Source: Candidatus Omnitrophota bacterium (lineage in GTDB: Bacteria; Omnitrophota; Gorgyraeia; Gygaellales; Profunditerraquicolaceae). From it: a stretch of DNA of 64,000 nt. The notes beneath the pieces are model-generated. The model ran no database searches and was not told the DNA's origin. It was given only the letters and a program-made list of their open reading frames with translations. The stretch is taken from the NCBI GenBank assembly GCA_025453395.1, contig JALOQK010000002.1, positions 474,509 through 538,508 of the forward strand, in the 5' to 3' direction. The position numbers were made by a program, and so were the translations under genes. Shown here piece after piece: positions 17,929 to 27,561 of this stretch (its first letter is position 1; every line of letters starts with the position of its first letter).

Positions 17929-19148
17929 TATGCGCCTCCAACCAGAGCCTGTGTTGCCTGCTCTATAAGGCCTGTATCCGGTGCAGCCATATCGGGTTTT
18001 AAGCCATCAAAATCAATGGGGTTACCGTTGAAAAGATACCCCTTGCCTACGGTTAACTCAATAACCGCGCCATCGGGAAGGTCAAACAAACTCTTTAAGA
18101 AAACCTGTCCCGCGGTATTATCCCCCAATACCTTTGCCTTATTATAAGCCTGCATAAAACCCGCGAAGATCTCGGCGGCGCTTCCGGTGCCCTTATTAGT
18201 TAAAATTATAACCTGTCCGTTAAATTTTACTTTTGACTCTGGCGTGATCAATCCTGACGGCGCCTGGTTTCTTCTTAAATAATAAAAAAGCTTATCCTGC
18301 GCATTAAGGAAAATACCGGATATATCCCAGGCCGCCAAAGGCGGGCCTCCGCCATTATTACGCAAGTCAATAATAAGCTTATTTACAGACTGGCTGTTTA
18401 AAGACTGCACCGCCTCGCGCATCTCATTGCCGGTTTGCTCATTGAAAAATCTAATCTGCAGACAAACAACCTGCGGATTTGAGGTTGGAACAAAAAATAC
18501 CGACTGCTTAAAATACTGGGTACTAACCAATATTACCGTATAGGTACTTGCCTTAATAGGCGAAAAAATCTCCAAATTTAACTCTTTGCCTAAAGCAAGA
18601 GAAAATAACTTGCTTACATCCTGTTCAGGGATCTCAGAAACCGGTTTACCGTCTATCTTTACAACTTCATCGTTTACCTGAACGCCTTTTACCTTGGCAT
18701 CAGAACGCGGCTCTACCTGGGTTATAACAAAACGGCCATCCTTAACATGCCCTTCAAGGCCGACATCACCGGCTGAACCTAATAGCGAATCCTTAAATTG
18801 TTTGGCAATATTAGGCGGGACAAAAGTAGTAAAACTATCCTTGGGATCTTTTAGGCGTGAAATCAATATTCCGGTTGCCACATGCTTAATGGCATCATCA
18901 ACTTTGGTTTTATCTTTTACCTGCGGAATAAAAATTCTTTCTTTGAATTCTTTTACATACTGTTCGAAATTTGCTGGGTTTACTTCAAGATAGTAATTCT
19001 GCTGCATAATATCATAGGCGGCTTTCAAGTATTTTATATACTGATTGTATGTGTCTTCCACTTTTCTTTTTTGGATCATCTTATTAATCGTATAGCCTGC
19101 GATTGCTAAAGACATTAACAAGACCCCTAAAGCTATTAATTTATTCAT
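17928..19148 (-). CDS. S41 family C-terminal processing peptidase (Ctp-like) with a PDZ domain
   Basis: N-terminal signal/anchor, a PDZ-like segment (GVQVNDEVVKIDGKPV), then IIDLRNNGGGPP and GTGSAAEIFAGFMQ matching S41 catalytic-region motifs. Confidence 0.8.
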   Translation of the reverse strand: MNKLIALGVLLMSLAIAGYTINKMIQKRKVEDTYNQYIKYLKAAYDIMQQNYYLEVNPANFEQYVKEFKERIFIPQVKDKTKVDDAIKHVATGILISRLKDPKDSFTTFVPPNIAKQFKDSLLGSAGDVGLEGHVKDGRFVITQVEPRSDAKVKGVQVNDEVVKIDGKPVSEIPEQDVSKLFSLALGKELNLEIFSPIKASTYTVILVSTQYFKQSVFFVPTSNPQVVCLQIRFFNEQTGNEMREAVQSLNSQSVNKLIIDLRNNGGGPPLAAWDISGIFLNAQDKLFYYLRRNQAPSGLITPESKVKFNGQVIILTNKGTGSAAEIFAGFMQAYNKAKVLGDNTAGQVFLKSLFDLPDGAVIELTVGKGYLFNGNPIDFDGLKPDMAAPDTGLIEQATQALVGGA

Positions 19149-20476
19149 TCTCTCCCCTTGGTTTGTGCAATGAAATCAATAAAACAGCGCTTAATATAAT
19201 CCAGCATTTTCTCATTTATCCCGGGATACACGCCTATCCAAAACAAATTATTCATTGCTATATCCGTATTCTCAAGATTCCCCGCCAGTCTATGTTTAAT
19301 ATTCTGGTAAGCTGGTTGGCGCAGGATATTCCCGCAAAAAAGCATCCGCGTAGAAATAAGCCTGTCTTCCAAGAACTTTACCATTGCATCACGATTAAAA
19401 CCTGCCTCTTGCCTTACTAACAGAGGAAAACCAAACCAACTCGGCAAAGAACAGGCCTGTGCCTTAGGCAAAATAAAACAATCTTCGTATTTCTTAAAAA
19501 ACGCGAACAACCGATTAAAATTATTCCTGCGCCTAATAATAAAATCATTCAACTTCTCAAGCTGCGCCAAGCCCACAGCCGCCTGCATGTCAGTAATTTT
19601 CATATTGTACCCGATATGTGAATATATATACTTGTGATCATAGCCAAAAGGCAGCCTGCCCATCTTAAGAGAAAACCTTTTTTTACAAGTGCCATCTTTA
19701 CCGGTATCGCACCAACAGTCCCTTCCCCAATCGCGCAAAGATAATAATGCCTTTTTTAATACAGGGTTGTTTGTAATAACAGCCCCTCCTTCTCCGGTAG
19801 TAATCTGATGAGAAGGATAAAAACTAAAAGTAGCTATATCAGAAAACGATCCGGTCATTTTATTATTATACTTTGAACCTAAAGCATCGCAAGAATCTTC
19901 GACAAACCATAAGTTATATTTATTCGCTATCCTTTTGACTTCTTTAATATTAAAAGGATTGCCCAAGGTATGCGCTAAAAAGATCGCCTTGGTCTTAGGG
20001 GAAATTGCCCTTTCAATTTTGGCCCAATCAATATTATATGTGCCTAATTCTATATCCACAAAAACCGGGACAAGATTATTTTGTATAATAGCGTTTACAG
20101 TTGTGGGAAAACAGCAGGCAGTTGTTATAACTTCATCGCCTCTATTAAGCCTGCGCTTACCCAACAGAAAAGATGTTAACGCGCTAATTGCCAAAAGATT
20201 TGCTGAAGAACCGGAATTTACCAGCATACAATTATCCGCCCCGATGAACCGAGAAAATTTGCGCTCAAATGCTTCGGCGTATCTGCCTGCAGTAAGCCAG
20301 AAATCCAAAGAGGAATCAACTAAATTGATAAGCTCTTTTTCATCATAAACCCTTTTCCCGTAAGGGACCCTGGTTTTCCCAGGGACAAATTCTTCACTCT
20401 TTAGATTTCTAAAGTAGAAATCTTTTACCGCGGATAAGACATTCTTTCTTGATTTGCTATTATTCCCGCGCATCAT
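19145..20476 (-). CDS. rfbH: CDP-6-deoxy-D-xylo-4-hexulose-3-dehydrase (E1; DdhC/RfbH), PMP-dependent DegT-family enzyme
   Basis: Start re-assigned to ATG at 20476 (MMRGNN...; GGAAGGGAA Shine-Dalgarno 8 nt upstream). The track's TTG-initiated 48-aa extension overlaps the upstream CDS. Long collinear matches to my recollection of Yersinia RfbH (recalled from memory, unverified): VPYGKRVYDEKELINLVDSSLDFWLTAGRY..SGSSANLLAISALTS and FRDWGRDCWCDTGKDGTCKKRF..LPFGYDHKYIYSHIGYNMKITDMQAAVGLAQLEKL. The CxC...C [2Fe-2S]-type motif is consistent with E1. Confidence 0.85.
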   Translation of the reverse strand: MMRGNNSKSRKNVLSAVKDFYFRNLKSEEFVPGKTRVPYGKRVYDEKELINLVDSSLDFWLTAGRYAEAFERKFSRFIGADNCMLVNSGSSANLLAISALTSFLLGKRRLNRGDEVITTACCFPTTVNAIIQNNLVPVFVDIELGTYNIDWAKIERAISPKTKAIFLAHTLGNPFNIKEVKRIANKYNLWFVEDSCDALGSKYNNKMTGSFSDIATFSFYPSHQITTGEGGAVITNNPVLKKALLSLRDWGRDCWCDTGKDGTCKKRFSLKMGRLPFGYDHKYIYSHIGYNMKITDMQAAVGLAQLEKLNDFIIRRRNNFNRLFAFFKKYEDCFILPKAQACSLPSWFGFPLLVRQEAGFNRDAMVKFLEDRLISTRMLFCGNILRQPAYQNIKHRLAGNLENTDIAMNNLFWIGVYPGINEKMLDYIKRCFIDFIAQTKGRE

Positions 20477-22262
20477 AGATATTCCCTTCCAGCTCTTTTT
20501 TTGATAAAAATGGCGCCATGTTTTCCAAAGAAGAGGAAACGATGCTTCCGTCGCTGTTCTTGACGGAAGAAACCTTTGGGGCAAAAGGCTGTTTGTCTGA
20601 AACCGCCACTTCGCACACAAACGCTTTCTTAGAGGATAAAATATCCTTTATCTTGCGCGCCATATCCTTATGGCTATTAATACGCTCAGTAGCTAAGCCA
20701 TACGCCTTGGCCACCTTTAGAATATCAGGACAAGATACCCCGCTTTCCTTGCTTGAACCTACATAACGGCTGTTAAAAAAATTATCTTGCGTCTGGCGTA
20801 TGGAAATATAGCCATTGTTATTTAAAACAAAAACCTTGACTGGCAATTTATAATGGACTAAAGTTTGCAATTCTTGGATGTTCATCTGCAGGCTTCCGTC
20901 TCCCGCTAAACATACAACCGGAGTTTTCCCTAAGGAAATACTCGCCCCAATACTGGCTGGTAAATCATAGCCCATAGAAGCGCATCCGGAATTCGAAACA
21001 AACCTTTGTTTGCCGCTTACTATTCCGGCCTGATAGCAAACAACCGAAGCAGTGCCGTTACCCGTAACCAGAACATCATTGTTGCCTAGATTCGCCGTCA
21101 AATCCTGAATAAAGCAATATGGGTTTACCGGTTTATCTTTACAGCGATAGTCCTTCATAACTACAGGATACATCTTCCGCCTGTCTTTAGCCCAAGACAG
21201 CCAAGATGACCAATCCGGCAATAAAACTTTGGAAATCTGCTTTTTTAATTCCACCAGAAAACATCCCGCGTCGGCGCAAATTGTTAAATCCGCTTTAACT
21301 GTGGGCTTTTTTAATTCTGCGCTATCTATATCGACAAAGATTTTCTTTGACCTCTTGGCAAAACATCCCCAGTTATAGCCTGTCTGACGAATATTATTGC
21401 GCGTTCCGACAGAAATCAAAAGATCCGCATTTTGCAAAACAAAATTACCGAATCTGGTCCCGATAGTGCCGGGCCTGCCGGCATAAAAGGCATTTTTTTC
21501 TGGCAACAGATCAACTGCGCAAAGGCTTGTTAAAACTGGAATTCTTAATTTGTTAATGACACTGTTAAAAATTCCCCGAGAACCGCTTATTTTAATCCCT
21601 TGTCCGGCCAATATAACAGGGGATTTTGCAGCCATTAGCATCTCTACAAGCTTAGCTACCTGTTTTTTTAACAAAGAACCGGAAGTTTTCTTGGGCGGCT
21701 TAAAACTTTTTAACTTATCTGTATCGATTAATGCGGACTGCACATCAAGAGGTATATCCAGCCACACCGGTCCCGGACGTGCTTCTTGCGCTAAATACAA
21801 TGCCTTTTGCAAATGATAACGTATGCTATGGGGGTCTTTTATTAAAAACGCGTATTTAGTTATCGGCTTTACTATATCGATAATATTTATTTCCTGATCT
21901 CCCAGCTGACGCAACTTCAATTCGGGGCAAGAGGCTATTGTGGTAGAAAACTTGACCTGCCCGGATATATAAACACAACTTACAGAGTCTAACCACTGCC
22001 CAATTACCCCGGTAATAGTATTTGTCCCACCTGGTCCGCTAGTCACCAATACTAAAGGCATTTTACCGGAAGCTCGCTTATATCCTTCAGCGGCCATGCT
22101 AGCTGCCTGCTCATGGTGGAAACAATAATATTTAAGCTTATGATTTCTTCCCACAGAATCCACAAGATGCATTGCCCCGCCGCCGGAAACCATAAAAACA
22201 TCTTTTATCCGTTTACTGGATAAATAATCAAAAATATAGTCGCTTAATTTTACTTTGGGCAT
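20460..22262 (-). CDS. Acetolactate-synthase-like ThDP-dependent enzyme (YerE-type candidate for attaching a two-carbon branch to a keto-sugar)
   Basis: 600 aa. N-terminal pyrimidine domain VFMVSGGGAMHLVDS and C-terminal ThDP motif GDGSLQMNIQELQTLVHYKLPVKVFVLNNNGY. It lies immediately upstream of rfbH. Confidence 0.75.
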   Translation of the reverse strand: MPKVKLSDYIFDYLSSKRIKDVFMVSGGGAMHLVDSVGRNHKLKYYCFHHEQAASMAAEGYKRASGKMPLVLVTSGPGGTNTITGVIGQWLDSVSCVYISGQVKFSTTIASCPELKLRQLGDQEINIIDIVKPITKYAFLIKDPHSIRYHLQKALYLAQEARPGPVWLDIPLDVQSALIDTDKLKSFKPPKKTSGSLLKKQVAKLVEMLMAAKSPVILAGQGIKISGSRGIFNSVINKLRIPVLTSLCAVDLLPEKNAFYAGRPGTIGTRFGNFVLQNADLLISVGTRNNIRQTGYNWGCFAKRSKKIFVDIDSAELKKPTVKADLTICADAGCFLVELKKQISKVLLPDWSSWLSWAKDRRKMYPVVMKDYRCKDKPVNPYCFIQDLTANLGNNDVLVTGNGTASVVCYQAGIVSGKQRFVSNSGCASMGYDLPASIGASISLGKTPVVCLAGDGSLQMNIQELQTLVHYKLPVKVFVLNNNGYISIRQTQDNFFNSRYVGSSKESGVSCPDILKVAKAYGLATERINSHKDMARKIKDILSSKKAFVCEVAVSDKQPFAPKVSSVKNSDGSIVSSSLENMAPFLSKKELEGNIYDARE

Positions 22263-22265
22263 AAA

Positions 22266-23198
22266 TTAAAAGTTTATTTTTTCCCTTATGATCACAAAAG
22301 GCTTCTTACGCACCTGCGAATGAATCGCCCCCACATATTCCCCAATAACCCCTAGGAAAAATAACTGTACCCCAGAGACAATAAGCACAAATAACAATAG
22401 CCCCGCCACCGCCGGTATCTGTACCGGCCAAAAGAAAACTTTTAGGACAAGGTATACTATCGCGAAAAGAAAACTAAACACTGCCATAAGAAAACCTATG
22501 TAAGTGCAAAACCTAATCGGCAGGATAGAGTAACTAACCAGTCCATTAATAGCAAAATCGATCAGATAAAATAAATTACTCTTGGATTTTCCTTTTAATC
22601 TGGCTTTTCGTTTATAACTTATGCCTTTTTGCTTAAATCCTATAGAAGCAATAAGCCCCCTGATATAAGGCTTATAATCGTCCAGCTTAACTAATTCATT
22701 AACCACCTTGCGGTCAATAAGCCGGTAGGTTCCGACATTAACCTGTAATTTCTCCTCAGAAATGGCATTAATTCCGATATAAAAAATCTTACGCAACAAC
22801 CCCATAATCAAATTATCGCTTGTCTTGTTGCGCACGCCGTAAACAACCTGATACCCCTGTTCCCACTGGCGTATAAACTCCGGAATTAGTTCTGCCGGGT
22901 CCTTTAAACTTCCCTCAAAGGTAATAACCGCATCCCCTGTTGCGTGGCGGTAACCGGTCATCTCTGATTTAATCGAACCAAAATTCTTAGAGTAGCTTAA
23001 AACCTTTACATTTTTGTCGTTTGCGGCAATGCCCTTCAAGATTTCAAGCGTCCTGTCTGTGCTAGCGTTATCCAGAAAAATATGCTCATATTCATAATCG
23101 CTGGCCAAATCCTTAAAAATATTCTTTATTTGTTCGTATACATCTCGGACAATCTCTTCTTCATTTAAAACCCCGGTTATAACGCTTATCTTTTTCAT
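22266..23198 (-). CDS. Family 2 glycosyltransferase, GtrB/ArnC/DPM1-like polyprenyl-phosphate glycosyltransferase with 2 C-terminal TM helices
   Basis: ISVITGVLNEEE...FLDNASTDRT...VVYGVRNK and two C-terminal hydrophobic helices. Confidence 0.75.
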   Translation of the reverse strand: MKKISVITGVLNEEEIVRDVYEQIKNIFKDLASDYEYEHIFLDNASTDRTLEILKGIAANDKNVKVLSYSKNFGSIKSEMTGYRHATGDAVITFEGSLKDPAELIPEFIRQWEQGYQVVYGVRNKTSDNLIMGLLRKIFYIGINAISEEKLQVNVGTYRLIDRKVVNELVKLDDYKPYIRGLIASIGFKQKGISYKRKARLKGKSKSNLFYLIDFAINGLVSYSILPIRFCTYIGFLMAVFSFLFAIVYLVLKVFFWPVQIPAVAGLLLFVLIVSGVQLFFLGVIGEYVGAIHSQVRKKPFVIIREKINF

Positions 23199-24403
23199 GC
23201 TATTCTCCCCTTCAGGCGATTTTTAGGCACAGCATAGAGAACAGTTTGGAAACATTCCTGTTCATGGCGCCTTAAGAAAAATAAATAATCACTATTTAAA
23301 GATTTAACCAAAAGCGGAATCTTATATATATCCTCTTGGTTATGGTCCAAGCATACAGCTAAAACAGGGCAAAATCTAGAAATAATGCCCTTAATAGACA
23401 GCAACTGGTTCTTCTCCTGGCCCTCAATATCCATTTTAACATAAGAAGCAGCTACGCCCTCTATTTTTAATAGATCTCTTAAAGACAGACACTTGACTTT
23501 ATTCTTAGATCCTCCCAAAGCTGAAGAAGTTGTCCCAGTGCAATTAAAAGAAAATCTTCCTCTATGTTCACCTAATGCGCAATTATAAAGCGCAATTTTT
23601 TGCTTTAAATCCCCGGATAAAGAACACACATAGGCTTTTAATTTACCAAAACTTATTCTATCCGGCTCTATAGCAATAATCTTATTAAAGCTTTTCCTTC
23701 GCTGCTGCAGAAAATCCCTTATCGTATCCCCATCAAAAGCCCCGCAATCAGCAAATATTTCATTTCCCAAGAAAGATACAATGCTTTTAGAGAAATAAGA
23801 ACTGCCCCTGGGGCTTGTTAATCCTTCAAGCCTAAGATGCAAATGATAATATATCTGCTTTAAGAATTCCCGGCGTGATTGCTCATCAGCCAAAAGATCA
23901 AAACAAGCAAGCACCTCATCTCTATCCTTAATAATCTTTTCCGGCAAATCTACATAATAATACGGTAAAAAGTATTCCGGATGCCTCCAGAATAAACCTA
24001 CCGAATGAACAACGCACTTACACCCTAAAGAAAACAACAACTTTCTTGTGTCAGCAAACTTATGTGAGCCATTAAAAATGGTTACAATAAAAACAGCGTC
24101 TTTACCGTATTTGTCTGCGCACTGCCGCGGTGAAAATACATCTAGGCCGTTTATACGCTTCCCCCAAAGATTAGGGTCTGAATCCGAAAAACAAATAGGT
24201 TTTTCTTTGAGAGTGCGCAAAACACGCGAAACTTTCTTTCCTAAATTACCAGCGCCAAAAAGGACAATCCCCTTTTTGCCTTTGGATAACAAGCTAAATG
24301 CATTCTTTCTGCGCGAAATAACACTTGTTACATCCTCGCCCAATATATCCAAAAGCTCTTTTCTTGGCTGCATTAAGAATCTTTTACCGCGCTTAAATTC
24401 CAC
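23195..24403 (-). CDS. FkbM-family SAM-dependent methyltransferase with an N-terminal Rossmann-like domain
   Basis: C-terminal FADCGAFDGDTIRDF...IIAIEPD...ALGEHRGRFSF matches the Methyltransf_21 (FkbM) pattern. The N-terminal GIVLFGAGNLGKKV...CFSDSDP resembles the NeuD/PglD-type N-terminal domain. Confidence 0.6.
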   Translation of the reverse strand: MEFKRGKRFLMQPRKELLDILGEDVTSVISRRKNAFSLLSKGKKGIVLFGAGNLGKKVSRVLRTLKEKPICFSDSDPNLWGKRINGLDVFSPRQCADKYGKDAVFIVTIFNGSHKFADTRKLLFSLGCKCVVHSVGLFWRHPEYFLPYYYVDLPEKIIKDRDEVLACFDLLADEQSRREFLKQIYYHLHLRLEGLTSPRGSSYFSKSIVSFLGNEIFADCGAFDGDTIRDFLQQRRKSFNKIIAIEPDRISFGKLKAYVCSLSGDLKQKIALYNCALGEHRGRFSFNCTGTTSSALGGSKNKVKCLSLRDLLKIEGVAASYVKMDIEGQEKNQLLSIKGIISRFCPVLAVCLDHNQEDIYKIPLLVKSLNSDYLFFLRRHEQECFQTVLYAVPKNRLKGRIA

Positions 24404-25472
24404 GATTGTAAATAACCTGCTTTAATTCTTCATTATTAGCATAGGGAGAATCAATCATATCAATAGTAATAGGCTGATCTTTCTTGCAAGATTTAAGTAA
24501 AACTTCTCCTGACATAAGCTCGCGGCAAGAGATCTGCGCTTTCTGCAGAGGAATTGCCAGATATATATCCTCTTCGGACAGGGCATGCCCTTCTTTTAAA
24601 TCATGTTTGGCATATACTCCCCGCACCAAGGCATCCAGATACTTAATTTCTTTCTCAGAATGCACCCTGCTTGAGGCCCCACTTCCGCCACAGAGTTCTT
24701 TTGCAGCATGAAAACTCTTAAACCAGGCATCGACATGTTCTGGTAAAGAACAATATTCCGAAACTTCTCTGCCATCATCAATGTCGATATGGCGCTCAAA
24801 AGTACGCGCGCCTTTAGCATAGGCAATTAACATTGAGGCCTCTAAAGTTTTATTGGCTTCATGGGTAGAAAACCCGATTATATGCTTAGGATACCTATTC
24901 TTTAAGAAATCTATCTGATTTAATTCCATTTCTCTGGCCATAGTAGGATAAATAGATACACAATGATTAATTGCCAAAGGAATATTCCTATTCTCAAAGA
25001 AAATTACAAGATCATCCAGGTCCTTAAGGGTAGTCCCGCCAGTTGAAACAAATACGGGTTTGCGTGTTTTTGCAATCTTTTCAATCAAAACCCAATCATT
25101 GATATCTGAGCTGGCTAGCTTTATTATCTGAATGCCTAATTCTATACATAAATCAACTGACGCCTCATCAAAGGGAGTAGCCATAGTAATACAACTTTGT
25201 TTACGTATGGCCTTAACAAGCTCTTCAAAATTTTCTTTGGACATTTGCGTGTCTATGGTCTTTTTAATATAACGGATATCTGTTCTTTTCAGAAAATCTT
25301 TATGGATAAATGAATTAACATTCCTAAACTGCAATTTTATCGCAGCCCTTACGTTATTAAAACGCACTAACCTGCCATAATCAGTAATTATTTTTAAACC
25401 CCGCTCTAAACTACCCCAATGGTTATTGGCGATCTCTAAAACAAATAAATCTTCAAATATGTCCCTATTCAT
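24393..25472 (-). CDS. neuB: N-acetylneuraminate / nonulosonic acid synthase family (NeuB/PseI/LegI-like) with a C-terminal SAF domain
   Basis: FVLEIANNHWGSLERGLKII aligns with the IAEIGCNHNGS motif. TPFDEASVDLCIELGIQIIKLASSDINDWVLIEKIAKTRKPVFVSTGGTTLKDLD aligns with NeuB TPFDEDSIDFL...KIPSGELLNLPYLEKIAKL...IISTGMATIDEI (recalled from memory, unverified). IGFSTHE aligns with IGFSDHS. A C-terminal SAF-like tail is present. Confidence 0.8.
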   Translation of the reverse strand: MNRDIFEDLFVLEIANNHWGSLERGLKIITDYGRLVRFNNVRAAIKLQFRNVNSFIHKDFLKRTDIRYIKKTIDTQMSKENFEELVKAIRKQSCITMATPFDEASVDLCIELGIQIIKLASSDINDWVLIEKIAKTRKPVFVSTGGTTLKDLDDLVIFFENRNIPLAINHCVSIYPTMAREMELNQIDFLKNRYPKHIIGFSTHEANKTLEASMLIAYAKGARTFERHIDIDDGREVSEYCSLPEHVDAWFKSFHAAKELCGGSGASSRVHSEKEIKYLDALVRGVYAKHDLKEGHALSEEDIYLAIPLQKAQISCRELMSGEVLLKSCKKDQPITIDMIDSPYANNEELKQVIYNRGI

Positions 25473-25483
25473 CTAAAACCTCC

Positions 25484-26368
25484 CTATTTATCAAAACATA
25501 AAGCCTTGTTGTTTATATTACAGCAATGGCTCAAATACCAATCATACAACATCGAAATAGCTTTATCTATAGAAGTAAAGCTTATATCTTTTATTTCTTC
25601 AGTGATGCGTTTATTATCCCCGCTATATTCTTTGTCTATTCCAGGCTTTGCTATTTTTATAGGCAGCTTTTTGCCAGACACCCTAATAACTTTCTTAGCC
25701 AGTTCACGCAGCTCTATAGACTTATAAGGCGTAATATTATAGGCCTTATACTTGGCTTTATGATTAATAAAATAATCTAATATCGGCATAAAGTCATCCA
25801 CAAAAATATAGTCAAATTTACGATTTTGCTTAATGGTAACAGCCTTTACGCATACAGCCTTACAAATAGCATTAGAAATAAAGCGTATAGCGTAATCTTC
25901 ATATTTGCCAAATATGCCAAATACGCGCAGCTCCACAGCATTCGTCATCTTCTCGACATATTTAGCAATAATGTATTTGGATAAGCCGCCTTCATCTGTT
26001 GGGATATGCGCGCCAAAATAGTCTTCCTTCATTTTAGGCAAATAATACCTCTGGTCATAAACCAGCCCAGAGCTTAAAACAATTATTTTGCCGTAAGAAT
26101 CCTTGTGGCGCACCAAATTGAAAAACATCCTTGTATTATGATAAAGCTCTCCAGAAGGGTCTTTGGCGTTTCTATGCCCAGGCCTGACCGCGGCATGGAT
26201 TACAGCATCAAAATATTTATGCCTTCTAAAAAACGCGTCAACACTATCCTGGTCCAAAAGGTCTAATTGCGCATGCGTGGGGCAAACAAGCTTATATTTA
26301 GAAGCTAAAAATGATTCTTTTATATTCCTACCGATAAAACCGCTTGCTCCGGTTAAAAAAATCTTCAT
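25484..26368 (-). CDS. NAD-dependent sugar epimerase/dehydratase/reductase (SDR family)
   Basis: N-terminal MKIFLTGASGFIGRNI Rossmann motif; 294 aa. Confidence 0.7.
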   Translation of the reverse strand: MKIFLTGASGFIGRNIKESFLASKYKLVCPTHAQLDLLDQDSVDAFFRRHKYFDAVIHAAVRPGHRNAKDPSGELYHNTRMFFNLVRHKDSYGKIIVLSSGLVYDQRYYLPKMKEDYFGAHIPTDEGGLSKYIIAKYVEKMTNAVELRVFGIFGKYEDYAIRFISNAICKAVCVKAVTIKQNRKFDYIFVDDFMPILDYFINHKAKYKAYNITPYKSIELRELAKKVIRVSGKKLPIKIAKPGIDKEYSGDNKRITEEIKDISFTSIDKAISMLYDWYLSHCCNINNKALCFDK

Positions 26369-27561
26369 GCTTCGGCCGCCTCTTTTTGTTTCTTAACTGA
26401 AGAAACTATGCTTAAAATTAAGAGCGAAACAATAATTATTGGGTTAACAAGCACCGAAAGGCTTAATTCCGGCTCTAAAGCATAACGCCAGTAATTTTTG
26501 GGTATCAATAATAAAGCAAAAAGAATTATAAATGCCCTGTCAAAAAGCTTATTGCCCGGGGCGTTAATAAAGAACAAAAGTGGAATATAGAAATACATAA
26601 GCCGGTAATCCCCGGAAACATACGGGAACAACTCCATACAGCAAACTAACAGTAATATCTTCTTCCAAAATGTTTTCTCAACAATCAAAACATACAAAGC
26701 AATAAACCCAGCGCAGACCAGAGAAAACGCCATATAAGGGCTTACAAAATACGGAAGCTGAAAACGCTTTTGCGCGATAACTAAGATCGTCTTTAAAAAA
26801 CCAAATAAGCTATGCCCAAAATACAAGCCTTCATTACCAATAACATAGGCCTGTTTATAAAGACCAAGATTAAACACGAAACGCTCCCAATTAGCCCCTA
26901 TGGCCCCCTTAAAAGAAGCCAAAGCAACAAAATTAAGCACAAAAACCATCCCTAAAATCAACAAAACCTGCCTGTATTTCTTATCCGAGAGAAAAAGAAG
27001 TATGAATACTGCCGGAAACGGCTTCATGCTTATAGCCAAACCTAACAACACTGCGCTAAACCAAAACTTATTATTAGCATAGGAAGAGATACTAAAGTAA
27101 AGAGCAAATAGGCAAAGTACCTCTATATTAAGTCTATCTACGGACAAAAGAAAAGGATATGATAAAAAACAGATTACAAACATGTTCATAAAATCACTTG
27201 CCTTCTCCCCCATTTTAATGTTCTTGTGCACAATATAAGCAAAAATGGCCAAGAAAGAAAACAAAAATATAAGAAATGAGAAGAACGGCTTTAAGATTAT
27301 AAATATATACTCTATGGCAAAAAGGAACGGTAGCATGGTTTGAGTGCTCGTGGGCGGCATTCCAAGATATGGATTATAATCCGCCATGGAAAAAAACATG
27401 CTGGTGAAATCACTAAAGCAATCCCGGGGACGGAAAAGAAAAGTATTCACCGGATATCCATTGCCCAGATAGGTGCCAAAGAAATAATGATAGAAAACAG
27501 CGATAGAAAAACCCAACAATACTATTAAAGAAAGTAAACTTATCTTCTCTTTTTTGTTCAT
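26365..27561 (-). CDS. Polytopic membrane protein (about 10 TM), putative membrane glycosyltransferase / glycan polymerase
   Basis: 398 aa, highly hydrophobic with aromatic-rich loops. Its placement among GT and sugar genes suggests a Wzy-like or GT-C-like role; no diagnostic motif recognised. Confidence 0.35.
   Translation of the reverse strand: MNKKEKISLLSLIVLLGFSIAVFYHYFFGTYLGNGYPVNTFLFRPRDCFSDFTSMFFSMADYNPYLGMPPTSTQTMLPFLFAIEYIFIILKPFFSFLIFLFSFLAIFAYIVHKNIKMGEKASDFMNMFVICFLSYPFLLSVDRLNIEVLCLFALYFSISSYANNKFWFSAVLLGLAISMKPFPAVFILLFLSDKKYRQVLLILGMVFVLNFVALASFKGAIGANWERFVFNLGLYKQAYVIGNEGLYFGHSLFGFLKTILVIAQKRFQLPYFVSPYMAFSLVCAGFIALYVLIVEKTFWKKILLLVCCMELFPYVSGDYRLMYFYIPLLFFINAPGNKLFDRAFIILFALLLIPKNYWRYALEPELSLSVLVNPIIIVSLLILSIVSSVKKQKEAAEA

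Noticed and set aside
19145-20620. Track N-terminus MCAKWRFQTNSLL... of the rfbH ORF (and similar over-long N-termini elsewhere)
   Set aside because: The track calls TTG/GTG as M. Here the first codon is TTG and the extension overlaps the preceding CDS by 160 nt. Homology to RfbH begins after the internal ATG at 20476, which has a good Shine-Dalgarno sequence. Similar reasoning applies to rfbF (TTG at 47383 versus ATG at 47368), 8977-9531 and 53611-54078.
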